Shown piece by piece: positions 1-10,144 of a DNA stretch of 46,110 nt. Position 1 is the stretch's first letter. Each line of letters begins with the position of its first letter. The translations under genes were made by a program, and so were the position numbers. The notes under the pieces are model-generated. The model was not told the origin of the DNA. It worked only from the letters and a program-made list of their open reading frames with translations, and ran no database searches. The DNA is taken from sequence record SRR22947725_5645; one strand, 5' to 3'.

Positions 1-1
1 A

Positions 2-118
2 GCGGCCTTGATTGACCTTGAGCCCGATGCGCCACAAGGGCTTGTTTTTGACGTGGTTGCCCAAAAATCCTATGCCAACGCAACGTCTTATCGCCTTGAG
101 TTGGTGAACCCACTTTAA
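2..118 (+). CDS. 3' end of an upstream gene, possibly DUF3426/zinc-ribbon protein (partial)
   Basis: Open frame 2 from the window edge (AALIDLEPDAPQGLVFDVVAQKSYANATSYRLELVNPL*) ends at TAA 116-118. DUF3426 genes commonly precede dusB; the identity is inferred from context only. Confidence 0.35.
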   Translation, partial: AALIDLEPDAPQGLVFDVVAQKSYANATSYRLELVNPL

Positions 119-123
119 TCTGT

Positions 124-138
124 TGTTATTATGGCGGC
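124..138 (+). promoter_or_regulatory. Putative extended -10 promoter with GC-rich discriminator for dusB-fis
   Basis: TG-t-TATTAT (124-132) followed by GGCGGC, about 28 bp upstream of the dusB ATG; resembles stringently controlled fis promoters. Confidence 0.4.
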
Positions 139-159
139 TTTTTGCCGGAGAAGCCCAGT

Positions 160-1146
160 ATGCTTGAAATCGGAGGCATTCAACATGCCAGTCGGGTGAT
201 TGTCGCGCCAATGGCCGGTGTGACGGATCGTCCGTTTCGGGACCTGTGCCGTGAATTTGGGGCGTTTTGGCTGGTTGGTGAGATGTTGACCAGTGATCAG
301 GGGCTTTGGAAAAGCCGAAAATCTCAAAGCCGTCAAGTCAGTCTGGATGAGACGGGGCCCCGATGGGTCCAGATTGCAGGATCTGACCCCGAGATGATGG
401 CGGCGGCTGCGAAAGCAAACGAAATCGCTGGCGCGGATATTTTGGATATCAACATGGGATGTCCGGCCAAGAAGGTGTGCAACAAAGCGGCCGGGTCCGC
501 GCTGCTTCGGGATGAAGGTTTGGTTGCGGCGATTTTAAAGGCGGTTTGCGCAGCGGTTACGATTCCCGTTACGTTGAAAATTCGTCTTGGTTGGTCGCCG
601 CAAGAACAAAATGCGGAAACCATTGCGCAGATTGCGGAGGCCGCTGGCATTCAAGCACTAACGGTCCACGGCAGAACGCGGGCGTGTCGATTTCAGGGTG
701 AAGTCGACTACGCGGCGATTGCACGGGTTAAAGCGAAAGTCAGTATTCCGGTGATTGGCAATGGTGATATCACCAATGCGCAGCAGGCATCCTCAGTGCT
801 GCAGAACACGGGTGTGGATGCGATAATGTTGGGGCGAGCGGTGCAAGGCAGGCCTTGGCTGCCCGCTGATATTGATCGATTTTTGACAACCGGCTTACCG
901 CCGGTTGAACGATCCTTTGAAACCCAGTGCCGAGCTTTAGCGCGACATGTCCGCGCCTTGCATCATCATTATGGACCTGAACAAGGTCTTCGGATCGCGC
1001 GAAAACATGTGGGTTGGTTTCTACAGGCCAACACCCTTGACAGCGAACCGTTCCGCCAAGCCTTCAATCTTATTCAGTGCGATGCACAACAGCTGGTCTT
1101 CCTGGACCGCCTTTGGGACCTCGACGCGATCGGCGCGGCGGCATGA
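160..1146 (+). CDS. dusB: tRNA-dihydrouridine synthase B
   Basis: APMAGVTD, INMGCP, HGRTR and GNGDI motifs; precedes fis. Start moved to ATG 160, which follows GGAG at 147-150. Confidence 0.95.
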   Translation: MLEIGGIQHASRVIVAPMAGVTDRPFRDLCREFGAFWLVGEMLTSDQGLWKSRKSQSRQVSLDETGPRWVQIAGSDPEMMAAAAKANEIAGADILDINMGCPAKKVCNKAAGSALLRDEGLVAAILKAVCAAVTIPVTLKIRLGWSPQEQNAETIAQIAEAAGIQALTVHGRTRACRFQGEVDYAAIARVKAKVSIPVIGNGDITNAQQASSVLQNTGVDAIMLGRAVQGRPWLPADIDRFLTTGLPPVERSFETQCRALARHVRALHHHYGPEQGLRIARKHVGWFLQANTLDSEPFRQAFNLIQCDAQQLVFLDRLWDLDAIGAAA

Positions 1147-1412
1147 GCCAAGACGTGGCGGACAGTCTTCAAGGCCCTTTAGGGCGGGTGAGTATCAAGT
1201 CTGCTGTCGAAGACACCATCAAAGATTATCTGCGATTGCTTGAGGACCAGCCGATTGATGATTTGTATGCACAAGTCTTGGCTCAGGTTGAACCGTCGTT
1301 GCTTCGACAAGTCATGATGCATGTTGGGGATAACCAATCGAAGGCGGCCCGGTTATTAGGCTTAAGCCGAGGGACCTTGCGGACCAAGTTAGGCAAATAT
1401 GGTCTTTTGTAA
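1143..1412 (+). CDS. fis: Fis family DNA-binding protein
   Basis: LYAQVLAQVEPSLL...NQSKAARLLGLSRGTLRTKL helix-turn-helix; ATGA overlap with the dusB stop. Confidence 0.92.
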   Translation: MSQDVADSLQGPLGRVSIKSAVEDTIKDYLRLLEDQPIDDLYAQVLAQVEPSLLRQVMMHVGDNQSKAARLLGLSRGTLRTKLGKYGLL

Positions 1413-1537
1413 CCTTGGTCGGCCTGCGCCTCGCCAACGCGCCTTGCCATCGTAATGCGCTGGTGCGCGGTCTAGGCAACGATTTTTTTAAATAGCGATA
1501 AAACACAAATAAAACACAGTCTAATAAAAGGTGCGAT

Positions 1538-3115
1538 ATGGACACGGTTGTCGTAAAGAGTGCATTAATTAGTGTTTCCGATAAGACGGGTCTGGAAGAT
1601 CTGCTTGCCGCGCTCGCCGCTCGGGGTGTGGCGCTCATTTCGACCGGCGGGACCTATGCGTTCATCCGTGCGGCTGGGTACGAAGTGACTGAAATCTCGG
1701 AATACACAGGTTCTCCAGAAATGATGCAAGGTCGGGTTAAGACGCTGCATCCGAAAGTGCATGGTGGCCTGTTAGGTCGCGCGGGGATCGACAACACGGT
1801 TATGGCCGAGCAAGCAATTACAGCGATTGATCTGCTCGTTGTTAATTTGTATCCGTTTGAAGCGGTGACCGAGGCGGCAGATTGTTCTTTGGAAACCGCG
1901 ATTGAAAATATCGATATCGGCGGCCCAGCAATGATTCGATCCGGTGCTAAGAATTTCGATCGGGTGACGGTCCTTACCAGTCCGGCGGACTATGCAGGTC
2001 TTATTCAAACGCTCGACGACAACACCGGCGCCGTGCCGCGGCAGGTGCGGTTTGATTGTGCGCGCAAGGCCTTTGCGCGTATCGCGCAGTATGATGCCGT
2101 GATTTCGAATTATCTCGCCGCTAGAGAGACCGAGTCAGATCACCATCATCCGAGTTTGTTCCCGTCGGTCTTGTCTCAGCAGTGGGTTAAAGTTCAAGAT
2201 ATGCGGTATGGCGAAAACCCCCATCAGCAAGCGGCGTATTATCGCGAGGATCCTGTACAGGCAGGCAGTCTGTCGGATGCGGTCCAAATCCAGGGAAAGG
2301 ATCTGTCGTTTAATAATCTAGCCGATGCTGATGCCGCCTTGGAATGTGTTCGGTCTTTTTTATCGCCGACTTGCGTTATTGTGAAACATGCTAACCCTTG
2401 TGGTGTGGCGTCGGGCCAGGATTTTTTTGAAGCCTACGACAAGGCCTTCGCGACCGATCCAACCTCTGCGTTTGGCGGCATTATCGCGATCAATGGCTGT
2501 GTTGATGAGCGTTTGGCTCAAAACATGATCGATCGGCAGTTTGTTGAAGTGCTGGTCGCGGATGCGGTAACGCCCGCCGCGGCTGCGATTTTGGCGACTA
2601 AAAAGAATGTCCGGGTGTTAACCGTCGGCGGCGCAAATTCGGGTCAAGTTGGGTTTGATTTAAAACGGGTCTCCGGTGGTCTCTTGGTGCAGACTCGCGA
2701 TACCTTATTGTATGAACCTGAGCATCTGCAATGCGTCTCTAAACGACAACCCACGGCCCAAGAGCAGATTGATCTGATGTTTGCCTGGAAGGTCGCAAAA
2801 AATGTGAAATCCAACGCCATTGTCTATGCAAAGCATGAGCAAACCATTGGGGTCGGTGCGGGGCAAATGAGCCGCGTCTACAGTGCCAAAATCGCCGGTA
2901 TCAAAGCCGCTGATGAAAATCTGGTGGTGCCAGGTTCTGTTATGGCCTCGGATGCTTTCTTCCCGTTTCGAGATGGGCTGGATGCGGCGGCGGCGGCCGG
3001 TATTACCGCGGTGATCCAGCCGGGCGGCTCCGTTCGGGATGAAGAGGTGATTCAAGCAGCAGATGATGCGGGTATGGCGATGCTGTTCACTGGCGTTCGG
3101 CATTTTAAGCACTAA
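1538..3115 (+). CDS. purH: Bifunctional AICAR transformylase/IMP cyclohydrolase
   Basis: [32 protein letters not shown] and SDAFFPF motifs. Confidence 0.98.
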   Translation: MDTVVVKSALISVSDKTGLEDLLAALAARGVALISTGGTYAFIRAAGYEVTEISEYTGSPEMMQGRVKTLHPKVHGGLLGRAGIDNTVMAEQAITAIDLLVVNLYPFEAVTEAADCSLETAIENIDIGGPAMIRSGAKNFDRVTVLTSPADYAGLIQTLDDNTGAVPRQVRFDCARKAFARIAQYDAVISNYLAARETESDHHHPSLFPSVLSQQWVKVQDMRYGENPHQQAAYYREDPVQAGSLSDAVQIQGKDLSFNNLADADAALECVRSFLSPTCVIVKHANPCGVASGQDFFEAYDKAFATDPTSAFGGIIAINGCVDERLAQNMIDRQFVEVLVADAVTPAAAAILATKKNVRVLTVGGANSGQVGFDLKRVSGGLLVQTRDTLLYEPEHLQCVSKRQPTAQEQIDLMFAWKVAKNVKSNAIVYAKHEQTIGVGAGQMSRVYSAKIAGIKAADENLVVPGSVMASDAFFPFRDGLDAAAAAGITAVIQPGGSVRDEEVIQAADDAGMAMLFTGVRHFKH

Positions 3116-3160
3116 ACCAGCGCTGGCGCAGGGTTTGCGCAGATGGAGAGGGTACAAAAC

Positions 3161-4441
3161 GTGAAAATATTAGTGGTGGGTTCAGGCGGCCGAGAGCATG
3201 CCTTGGCCTGGAAGTTTGCGCAGTCTGAAAACGTCAGTGTGGTCTATGTTGCACCCGGTAATGGCGGCACAGCGACGGCCGCAAAGCTTGAAAATGTTGA
3301 TATTGATCCGATGGATTTTGACGCGCTGTGCTTATTTGCTAAAGCGCATCAAATTGAGCTGACCGTTGTGGGGCCGGAAGGGCCATTGGTTGCGGGTATT
3401 CAGGCAGCGTTCGCACGCTTTGGGCTTGCGTGCCTTGCGCCCTCGGCGGATGCGGCGCAACTGGAAGGGTCGAAAACCTTCTCGAAAGAATTTTTGGCGC
3501 GGCATAACATCCCAACAGCGCGCTTTTCGAGCTTTACAGATCCCAGCGCCGCGAAGACCTTTGCGCAAGAACTAGGGTTGCCCGTTGTGATTAAAGCGGA
3601 CGGCCTGGCGGCGGGAAAAGGCGTCGTGGTGGCCCAAAGTCTTGCGGCCGCCGAGGCTGCGATCGATGACATGTTGTTGGGGAATGCCTTTGGTCGCGCG
3701 GGTGCTCGCGTCGTGGTTGAAGCGTTCCTGGTTGGGGAAGAAGCCAGTTTTATTGTTCTAGCCGATGGAACGGATTTCCACGCCTTTTCAACCTCACAAG
3801 ACCACAAAGCCATTTTTAATGGCGATCAAGGTCCCAATACCGGGGGCATGGGCGCTTATTCCCCGGCACCGGTTGTGACCCAGGCTGTAAGCGAGCGCAT
3901 TTGTGAACAGATCATTGCCCCGACTTTGCAGGGCCTTTTGAGTGAAGGCATTCACTACACCGGGTTTCTGTATGCAGGCTTAATGATCGATGCCCTCGGG
4001 GCGCCCAGTGTGATTGAATTTAATTGTCGGTTTGGCGATCCAGAGACCCAGCCCATCATGATGCGTCTCGAAAGTGATTTGGCTGAAGTGTGTTTGGCGG
4101 CCGTCGAGCACCGATTGGCTGAAGAGACGCTTGCCTTCTCACCCAAAGCCGCGCTTGCGGTCGTGCTTGCCAGTGCCGGCTACCCTGGAGATTATGAGGT
4201 TGGGGCGCCGATTAGTGGGCTGAGTGAGGTTCAAGATGCGGTTGTTTTTCATGCGGGAACCCGCCTACTCGATGGGGTTTTAACAACGAATGGCGGCCGG
4301 GTTTTAACGGTTGCAGCAACCGCGGATTCTGTTGAGCAGGCCCAGCGATTGGTCTATCAGGCCGTGAAGGCGATTCAATTTGAGGGCCAATACCATCGGG
4401 ACGATATTGGCTATCGCGCAATCGATCGGGAAGCGCGCTAG
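3161..4441 (+). CDS. purD: Phosphoribosylamine-glycine ligase
   Basis: GSGGREHALAW, KADGLAAGKGV, GPNTGGMGAY and EFNCRFGDPE motifs. GTG 3161 follows GGAGAGGG; ATG 3143 is an alternative start. Confidence 0.97.
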   Translation: MKILVVGSGGREHALAWKFAQSENVSVVYVAPGNGGTATAAKLENVDIDPMDFDALCLFAKAHQIELTVVGPEGPLVAGIQAAFARFGLACLAPSADAAQLEGSKTFSKEFLARHNIPTARFSSFTDPSAAKTFAQELGLPVVIKADGLAAGKGVVVAQSLAAAEAAIDDMLLGNAFGRAGARVVVEAFLVGEEASFIVLADGTDFHAFSTSQDHKAIFNGDQGPNTGGMGAYSPAPVVTQAVSERICEQIIAPTLQGLLSEGIHYTGFLYAGLMIDALGAPSVIEFNCRFGDPETQPIMMRLESDLAEVCLAAVEHRLAEETLAFSPKAALAVVLASAGYPGDYEVGAPISGLSEVQDAVVFHAGTRLLDGVLTTNGGRVLTVAATADSVEQAQRLVYQAVKAIQFEGQYHRDDIGYRAIDREAR

Positions 4442-5178
4442 GTCGTTGAAAGGCCGCCATCGATCGGGATTACCTGCCCAGTAATGTATTGATTGTCGAC
4501 GAGAAAGGCAACGATCGAGTCGAGGCAGTCAGAGCCTCCCAGGCGGTGCAGGGGGGTGCGTGTAATGAGATCAGTGAGCAGACCCGCATCCTCATAACCC
4601 GCTGGTTCAAGCAGCGCGCCAGGCGCGATCGCGTTGACTCGGATCCCGGGTGCAAGCTCCAGGGCCAAGCTTTTCGTCAGCATTATTAGCCCGGCTTTGC
4701 TTGCAGTGTAGGCGCTATGACCCGCAAGGGGTTTCTCGCCGAAGACATCACATATATTAATAATGCTCGAATAGGGCGCCATGATTGGGGCAAGGCCTTG
4801 GCAAATCATGAACGGTGCTTTGAGATTGACGCTAAAGATTTCGTCCCATTGCGCGGACGACGTGCTGCCAAAAGGCGTACTCGGAAAAACGGCCGCGTTG
4901 TTAACAATTAGGTCCAAATGGTCATATTCGGCTTTAACGTCATTGATGAGTTGTGCAACATCTGATTGCTGAGCAAGATCGGCTTGAAAGAGTCGGACTG
5001 ACTTTGGGCGCGCCTGATTCAGTTTGTGGGCGATGGCGTCGGCGGCTGTTTTTGATTGGCTAAACCCTAGTGCAAGCTGCCAACCTGATTGGTGCAGATG
5101 CTCGGCAATGCCGCGCCCGAGTCGTTGCGCGGCGCCAGTGATCAGGGCAACTTTAGTTCCGATCACAAGTTGCTTCAA
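4438..5178 (-). CDS. Pteridine reductase / FolM-like short-chain dehydrogenase
   Basis: TGAAQRLG, NNA, YTASK and VNAIAPG motifs; adjacent to cca as in related folate loci. Start uncertain (TTG 5178 or GTG 5166). Confidence 0.85.
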   Translation of the reverse strand: MKQLVIGTKVALITGAAQRLGRGIAEHLHQSGWQLALGFSQSKTAADAIAHKLNQARPKSVRLFQADLAQQSDVAQLINDVKAEYDHLDLIVNNAAVFPSTPFGSTSSAQWDEIFSVNLKAPFMICQGLAPIMAPYSSIINICDVFGEKPLAGHSAYTASKAGLIMLTKSLALELAPGIRVNAIAPGALLEPAGYEDAGLLTDLITRTPLHRLGGSDCLDSIVAFLVDNQYITGQVIPIDGGLSTT

Positions 5179-6250
5179 TTCGGCGTAACTGCTCTGCTCG
5201 GATCATCGCTTTGATGTCCTGGCCGGATAGGCCGCTCGCGGTCTCCGGCAGGCTCACCTTGGCGGTTTCCTGAACGAGGCGTTGCCAAAGCCCGAGAATC
5301 TGAGTCTGCTCGACCGAATCGATGATCAGCGACTGGCAACTGATGTGAACCGATTGCGCAAAACGCTCAGGTTTTCGTCGGGCGTCACCGCGCTCTAGGA
5401 CCGCAAGAATGGCGTCCGCGCTCAGCGTCGTGACTTGGCAGAACGCCGCAGCCCAAGTCCGCGTCATGCTGGCAAGTTCCAGCCAGTGCTTCGGGATTGC
5501 CAATTGTTTGTTGAGGCCCTGTAAGTCCAAGTCAGGATTTTCAAGGACCAGTTGGCTAAAGCGCGATGGCGGTGACGTATCTGTCGCCGGCCCATCGAGA
5601 TTTTTGGTTTCGGCGAGTTCAACGCCTTGGAACATCTGCGCCAACGCATTGACCGATGCGAGTACCGCAAAAAATTCAGAGGGATGCGGCGCGCTAAGCG
5701 CTTTTTCGAGCTCTTTGAAGACGCGTTCCCGTGAGAGCGTGTCAAGATCCCCTCGCGCGACCATCTCACGGCACAGCTTTGTTGTGAGATCATGAACCCT
5801 GAATCCAAGCCCCTTCAATCGGGCCTGGAACTGGGCCAGGCGTAGGATTCGTAAAGGGTCCTCAGTGAAGGCGTCAGAGACGTGCCGCAGCAGACGGTCG
5901 GCAAGATCTTTTTGACCGCCGTAAGGATCAATCAAGGTGCCATCAGGGGCTTTTGCAATCGCATTGATCGTAAGATCGCGCCGACTGAGATCTTCCTCAA
6001 GCGTAATGCCAGGGTCTGTATCAAAGCGAAACCCTTGATGACCGGGCGCCTGCTTGTACTCCCGGCGCGCCAGCGCATACTCTTCTTGGGTTTCGGGGTG
6101 CAAGAACACTGGGAAGTCCTTGCCCACTTGTCTAAAGCCGCGGTCCAGCATCGAATCAGGTGTCTCGCCAACAACGACCCAATCGCGTTCGAGAATTGGC
6201 AGGCCGAGTAACGTGTCTCGGACGGCCCCGCCGACTAAAAAGGTGTTCAT
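5153..6250 (-). CDS. cca: CCA tRNA nucleotidyltransferase, short form without a recognisable HD domain
   Basis: LVGGAVRD, VGKDFPVFLHP, EDLSRRDLTINA and EDPLRILR motifs; start placed at MNTFLVGG. Confidence 0.93.
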   Translation of the reverse strand: MNTFLVGGAVRDTLLGLPILERDWVVVGETPDSMLDRGFRQVGKDFPVFLHPETQEEYALARREYKQAPGHQGFRFDTDPGITLEEDLSRRDLTINAIAKAPDGTLIDPYGGQKDLADRLLRHVSDAFTEDPLRILRLAQFQARLKGLGFRVHDLTTKLCREMVARGDLDTLSRERVFKELEKALSAPHPSEFFAVLASVNALAQMFQGVELAETKNLDGPATDTSPPSRFSQLVLENPDLDLQGLNKQLAIPKHWLELASMTRTWAAAFCQVTTLSADAILAVLERGDARRKPERFAQSVHISCQSLIIDSVEQTQILGLWQRLVQETAKVSLPETASGLSGQDIKAMIRAEQLRRIEATCDRN

Positions 6251-6277
6251 CGTTGCCTCATGTCCCATTGGTATTCT

Positions 6278-7081
6278 TCATTCTGACGCGGCAGGTTGCG
6301 TAAAATAGACGCCGTCTTCGAGTCGTAGAGCCGTTAAGTGTCGGCCCCAAACCGCACCTGTGTCGAGTCCGATCAGTCTTTCCTGCCGCACGCCGCCTAA
6401 GGCCGCCCAATGCCCAAAGATCAGGGTGTAGTCGGCAAGACTGGCGTGCCGAGTATTAAACCAGGGGGTGAAGCCCTCGGGCGCAGTCTCTGTTTTATGG
6501 GTCAACTCGAGCTCACCGGTTGATTTGTAGAAGCGCAGGCGCGTAAAAAAATTGGTTGCAAGGCGCAATCGGTCTGGGGTGGTCAGGGTGTCGGACCAGG
6601 TTGCTGGGGTATCGCCGTACATATTGTTCAAAAAAGCGTCGACTGAGGCGCCGCGCAGCTGTTGTTCAATCTCATGCGCAAGGTGTTTGACTTGATCCAA
6701 AGACCAAATATCAGGGAGCCCAGCGTGAACCATTAACCGCTGATTGACATCATCGCAGATGAGTAGCGGTTGCTTTTGTAACCACGCAACAAACTGCTCT
6801 CGATCAGGATGGGTCAGTAAATCTCCGATCGTGTCACTAGGGGTGGGTGTTTTGATGCCTTTGGCGAGCGCTAAAAAGTGCAGATCGTGATTGCCCAGGG
6901 CCACCTTAAGGCTCGGTAAGGCCATTAAATACTGTAGGGTTTCAACGTTCTTGGGGCCCCGGTTAATCAGGTCTCCGGCGCACCAGAGCGTGTCGGTCTC
7001 GGGCTTAAAATGTACTTGGGTCAAGAGCGCCATCAAGGTGTCAAAGCAGCCCTGTATATCCCCGACAGCATAGGTGCTCAC
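6278..7081 (-). CDS. apaH: Symmetrical bis(5'-nucleosyl)-tetraphosphatase
   Basis: GDIQGC, GDLINRGP, LGNHDLH, FGHWAAL and LDTG motifs; GTG start overlaps the rsmA stop. Confidence 0.95.
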   Translation of the reverse strand: MSTYAVGDIQGCFDTLMALLTQVHFKPETDTLWCAGDLINRGPKNVETLQYLMALPSLKVALGNHDLHFLALAKGIKTPTPSDTIGDLLTHPDREQFVAWLQKQPLLICDDVNQRLMVHAGLPDIWSLDQVKHLAHEIEQQLRGASVDAFLNNMYGDTPATWSDTLTTPDRLRLATNFFTRLRFYKSTGELELTHKTETAPEGFTPWFNTRHASLADYTLIFGHWAALGGVRQERLIGLDTGAVWGRHLTALRLEDGVYFTQPAASE

Positions 7082-7851
7082 GATGCGTTCTGGCTCAAAA
7101 GGTTGGCACATCGAACGTAATCGGCAACGGTCAAAGACTCGGCTCTTTCACTTGGGTCAATGGCCAGCGCCTTTAATTGATCGGTTGTTAGCAGACTCGA
7201 TAAAGAATTTCGCAGCGTTTTTCGGCGTTGGCCAAACGCGGCAACCAGAATGTCAGACAAGGTTTTTAAGTTGGTTGCTGGGTGGGGTGGCGGCGCGTGT
7301 GGCCGCAATTGAACCACGGCCGAGGTGACTTTCGGGGCGGGTTTAAAAGCGGTAGGCGGCACATCGAATAATTTTTCAATCTCGCAGTGATACTGCGCCA
7401 TCACCGAAAGCCGGCCATAGGCTTTGGTGTTGGGGACTGCTCCCATTCGGTCGACGACCTCTTTTTGGAGCATAAAAGTCATGGCGGCGACCCGTGTGCC
7501 AAGTTCAAAGAGGCGAAAAAGCAGGGGCGTCGAGATGTTATAGGGGAGGTTGCCCACAATCATTAACGGCGCCACGAAGTCATTAAAGTCAACGGTTAGA
7601 ACATCTGCTTCGATGATGTTGACCGAGCTAGGCAGTAAGCGCCGAAGATTTGGAATCAAGTCTCGGTCGAGCTCAATAATGGTCATGTCTGGCGTACTGT
7701 GAACCAATCGCTTGGTTAAGACGCCGTGCCCTGGCCCGATCTCAATGAGGGATTGTCCGGCTGTGGGCCGAACGCTTCCGCATATCCGATCAATGATGAG
7801 GTCATCCTGAAGAAAATTTTGACCAAAGCGTTTTTTTGCGCGCATCATCAT
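7078..7851 (-). CDS. rsmA: 16S rRNA m6,2A dimethyltransferase
   Basis: KKRFGQNFL, EIGPG, GNLPYNIST and YGRLSVM motifs. Confidence 0.97.
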   Translation of the reverse strand: MMMRAKKRFGQNFLQDDLIIDRICGSVRPTAGQSLIEIGPGHGVLTKRLVHSTPDMTIIELDRDLIPNLRRLLPSSVNIIEADVLTVDFNDFVAPLMIVGNLPYNISTPLLFRLFELGTRVAAMTFMLQKEVVDRMGAVPNTKAYGRLSVMAQYHCEIEKLFDVPPTAFKPAPKVTSAVVQLRPHAPPPHPATNLKTLSDILVAAFGQRRKTLRNSLSSLLTTDQLKALAIDPSERAESLTVADYVRCANLLSQNAS

Positions 7852-8844
7852 TTAGGAACTGACCATGCGATCTGCGAGGTGAATTGCAGCCAAGAGGCTG
7901 CCGTGATCCGCACGACCGGTACCTGCAAGATCGAGGGCCGTCCCGTGGTCAACAGAGGTTCTAACGATTGGCAATCCCAGCGTGACATTAACGGCATGTC
8001 CAAACCCACTGTGTTTGAGCACGGGCAAGCCTTGATCGTGATACATGGCGATAACAGCATCGACACCCTGCAGCGCCTGTCGGGTAAAAGCTGTGTCGGC
8101 GGGCAATGAGCCTTGAACAAAATGGCCGCGGCTTTGGAAATCTTCGATAACGGGCGTAATGATGTCAATTTCCTCCCGACCGAGATAACCGGCCTCGCCA
8201 GCATGCGGGTTCAGACCACAGACGCTGATGCGCGGCTTGGCAATGCCAAAGTCTTCCCTGAGTGATTTTAAGGTTTGCGCGATGGTTGCTCGAACGGCGT
8301 CGGGGGTGATCGCGCGAGCAACCTCGGATAAGGGCAAGTGGGTTGTAACCAATGCGACTCTGAGCTCACCATCGGCCAACATCATGACCACCTTATCGGT
8401 TTGCGTGCGTTCGGCCAGCCATTCGGTATGTCCGCTGAAAGCAATGCCGCTTTGATTGACGACGGATTTTTGGATCGGTCCCGTCACGAGGGCGGTTTTG
8501 GGATCAGCTTCCCAGAGTGAAATCGCTTTTTCTAAGCATTGCACAACGAAAGGGCCCGAGCGCATGTCGAGCTTGCCGGCTTGGACGGTGTAACCGAGGT
8601 CACACGGTATGACGTTGAGGTGGCCAGGCGCATAGTCTTTCGGATTGGATAGCACTCGGAGTGCGCATTTTATTCCGAGTAAGTCAGCGCGTGCTGCGAG
8701 CGCCTCAGGGTCTGCTAAATAGATTCTTTTGAGTGCATCGGGCAACAGCGCATCGCTTGCCAAGCAAACATCCATACCAATGCCAGCGGGCTCTCCCGGT
8801 GTAATGACAAGCGTATGGTCAGATTCTGATTTCGACAAACGCAT
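7852..8844 (-). CDS. pdxA: 4-hydroxythreonine-4-phosphate dehydrogenase
   Basis: TPGEPAGIG, GLNPHAGE, MYHDQGL and RTSVDHGTA motifs. Start approximate. Confidence 0.95.
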   Translation of the reverse strand: MRLSKSESDHTLVITPGEPAGIGMDVCLASDALLPDALKRIYLADPEALAARADLLGIKCALRVLSNPKDYAPGHLNVIPCDLGYTVQAGKLDMRSGPFVVQCLEKAISLWEADPKTALVTGPIQKSVVNQSGIAFSGHTEWLAERTQTDKVVMMLADGELRVALVTTHLPLSEVARAITPDAVRATIAQTLKSLREDFGIAKPRISVCGLNPHAGEAGYLGREEIDIITPVIEDFQSRGHFVQGSLPADTAFTRQALQGVDAVIAMYHDQGLPVLKHSGFGHAVNVTLGLPIVRTSVDHGTALDLAGTGRADHGSLLAAIHLADRMVSS

Positions 8845-10144
8845 CTTCCCTGATTTCACGAACCCAATTATCAACTTCCTCATCAAAAGATTGATTCCTG
8901 AGATAGTTACCCACTTGATTGCGTTTGAATGTCTGACTGAAATCCTCGATTCGGCGACCCGTCACTTCCAGAAAGTGGAATCCAAACTCGCTTCTAAAAA
9001 CCGGACTGACTTCATTAACTTGAGTTTCAGAGATGGCTTTCTCAAAGGGGCCGACAAATTCATCACCGTTACTCCAACCGAGGTCGCCGCCATTCAAGGC
9101 CGAGCCGGGATCTTCAGAGTAGAGCCGCGCGACCTCTTCGAAGGCGCGTCCACTGATCACTTCTTCTCGCAAGCTCTCGGCCAAGGCTTCGGCCTCTTCG
9201 AGCGATCGGATCTCATTGGGATTGATCAAAACATGACGAACCCGAGTTTGATCAATCATGCCTTGTGCTGCTGCGCCACGTTTTTGTAGTAATTTAATAA
9301 TATGGAAGCCGGAGCCGCTTTGAATCGGCCCTTTCACCTCGTTGACAGCAAGATCGGCCACAAGATCTGAGAATAAAGTGGGGAGTGCGCCGGGTTTCCG
9401 CCATCCTAGATCGCCGCCCTCAAGGGCATTTTTGCCCGCTGATTTGGCCATTGCCAGGGCTTGAAACTCAGCGCCGGCATTGAGTTCAGAGACTAAGGTG
9501 TCTGCCTGCGCTCGGATGCCTTGGATCGCGGCTTGGGACATTTCTGAATGGGTTGCCAGCAGGATATGACCGACCCGATACTCATCGGCGGTGAGTTCTC
9601 TGCCCGCATCTGAATTGAGAAAATCGTCGATTGCTTGTTCGCTGATTTCAATTCGGTTGTTCATGACGCCTTGCTGAACTCGGCCAATCATGATTTCTCG
9701 CTCGATTTGCTGACGCATCCCTCGGTAGGAGATGCCATCAGCGGTGAGGGCTTGTCTAAACTGCTCGAGACTCAGTTTATTTTGGCCGGCAATTCTCGCC
9801 ATGGCTTCATTCAACTCTGCATCGCTTACCCGTACTCCGGCGCGGCGCGCCATCTGGAGTTGGAGGCTCTCAACGACCAGACGCTCAATAATTTGTTCGG
9901 TGAGGATGTCATCGCTCGGCAGGCTACTCGGGTTAGCAGCTTGTGCTCGTATGGCTTTGGCCCGCTCAGCAACTTCCGAGCGGGTGATGATGTCGTCGTC
10001 AACAATCGCTGCGATCTGATCAAGCACAATCGGCAAGCCGAACGCGGGCAGACTGACTAGGCTCAAGTAAAGAAGGATAAAGGGCATTTTGAACATGTTC
10101 GTAACCTTGATTCTGTTGGTTTTAAGCAGGTCGCTTGGCGTCAT
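8819..10144 (-). CDS. surA: Periplasmic chaperone/peptidyl-prolyl isomerase SurA
   Basis: Signal peptide, LDQIAAIVDDDII, and two parvulin domains (GGDLGW twice); lies between lptD and pdxA. The start may be downstream at MFKMP. Confidence 0.95.
   Translation of the reverse strand: MTPSDLLKTNRIKVTNMFKMPFILLYLSLVSLPAFGLPIVLDQIAAIVDDDIITRSEVAERAKAIRAQAANPSSLPSDDILTEQIIERLVVESLQLQMARRAGVRVSDAELNEAMARIAGQNKLSLEQFRQALTADGISYRGMRQQIEREIMIGRVQQGVMNNRIEISEQAIDDFLNSDAGRELTADEYRVGHILLATHSEMSQAAIQGIRAQADTLVSELNAGAEFQALAMAKSAGKNALEGGDLGWRKPGALPTLFSDLVADLAVNEVKGPIQSGSGFHIIKLLQKRGAAAQGMIDQTRVRHVLINPNEIRSLEEAEALAESLREEVISGRAFEEVARLYSEDPGSALNGGDLGWSNGDEFVGPFEKAISETQVNEVSPVFRSEFGFHFLEVTGRRIEDFSQTFKRNQVGNYLRNQSFDEEVDNWVREIREDAFVEIRI

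Noticed and set aside
1413-1537. ZMP/ZTP riboswitch upstream of purH
   Set aside because: The conserved aptamer elements and pseudoknot were not recognisable; an Rfam/Infernal scan would be decisive.
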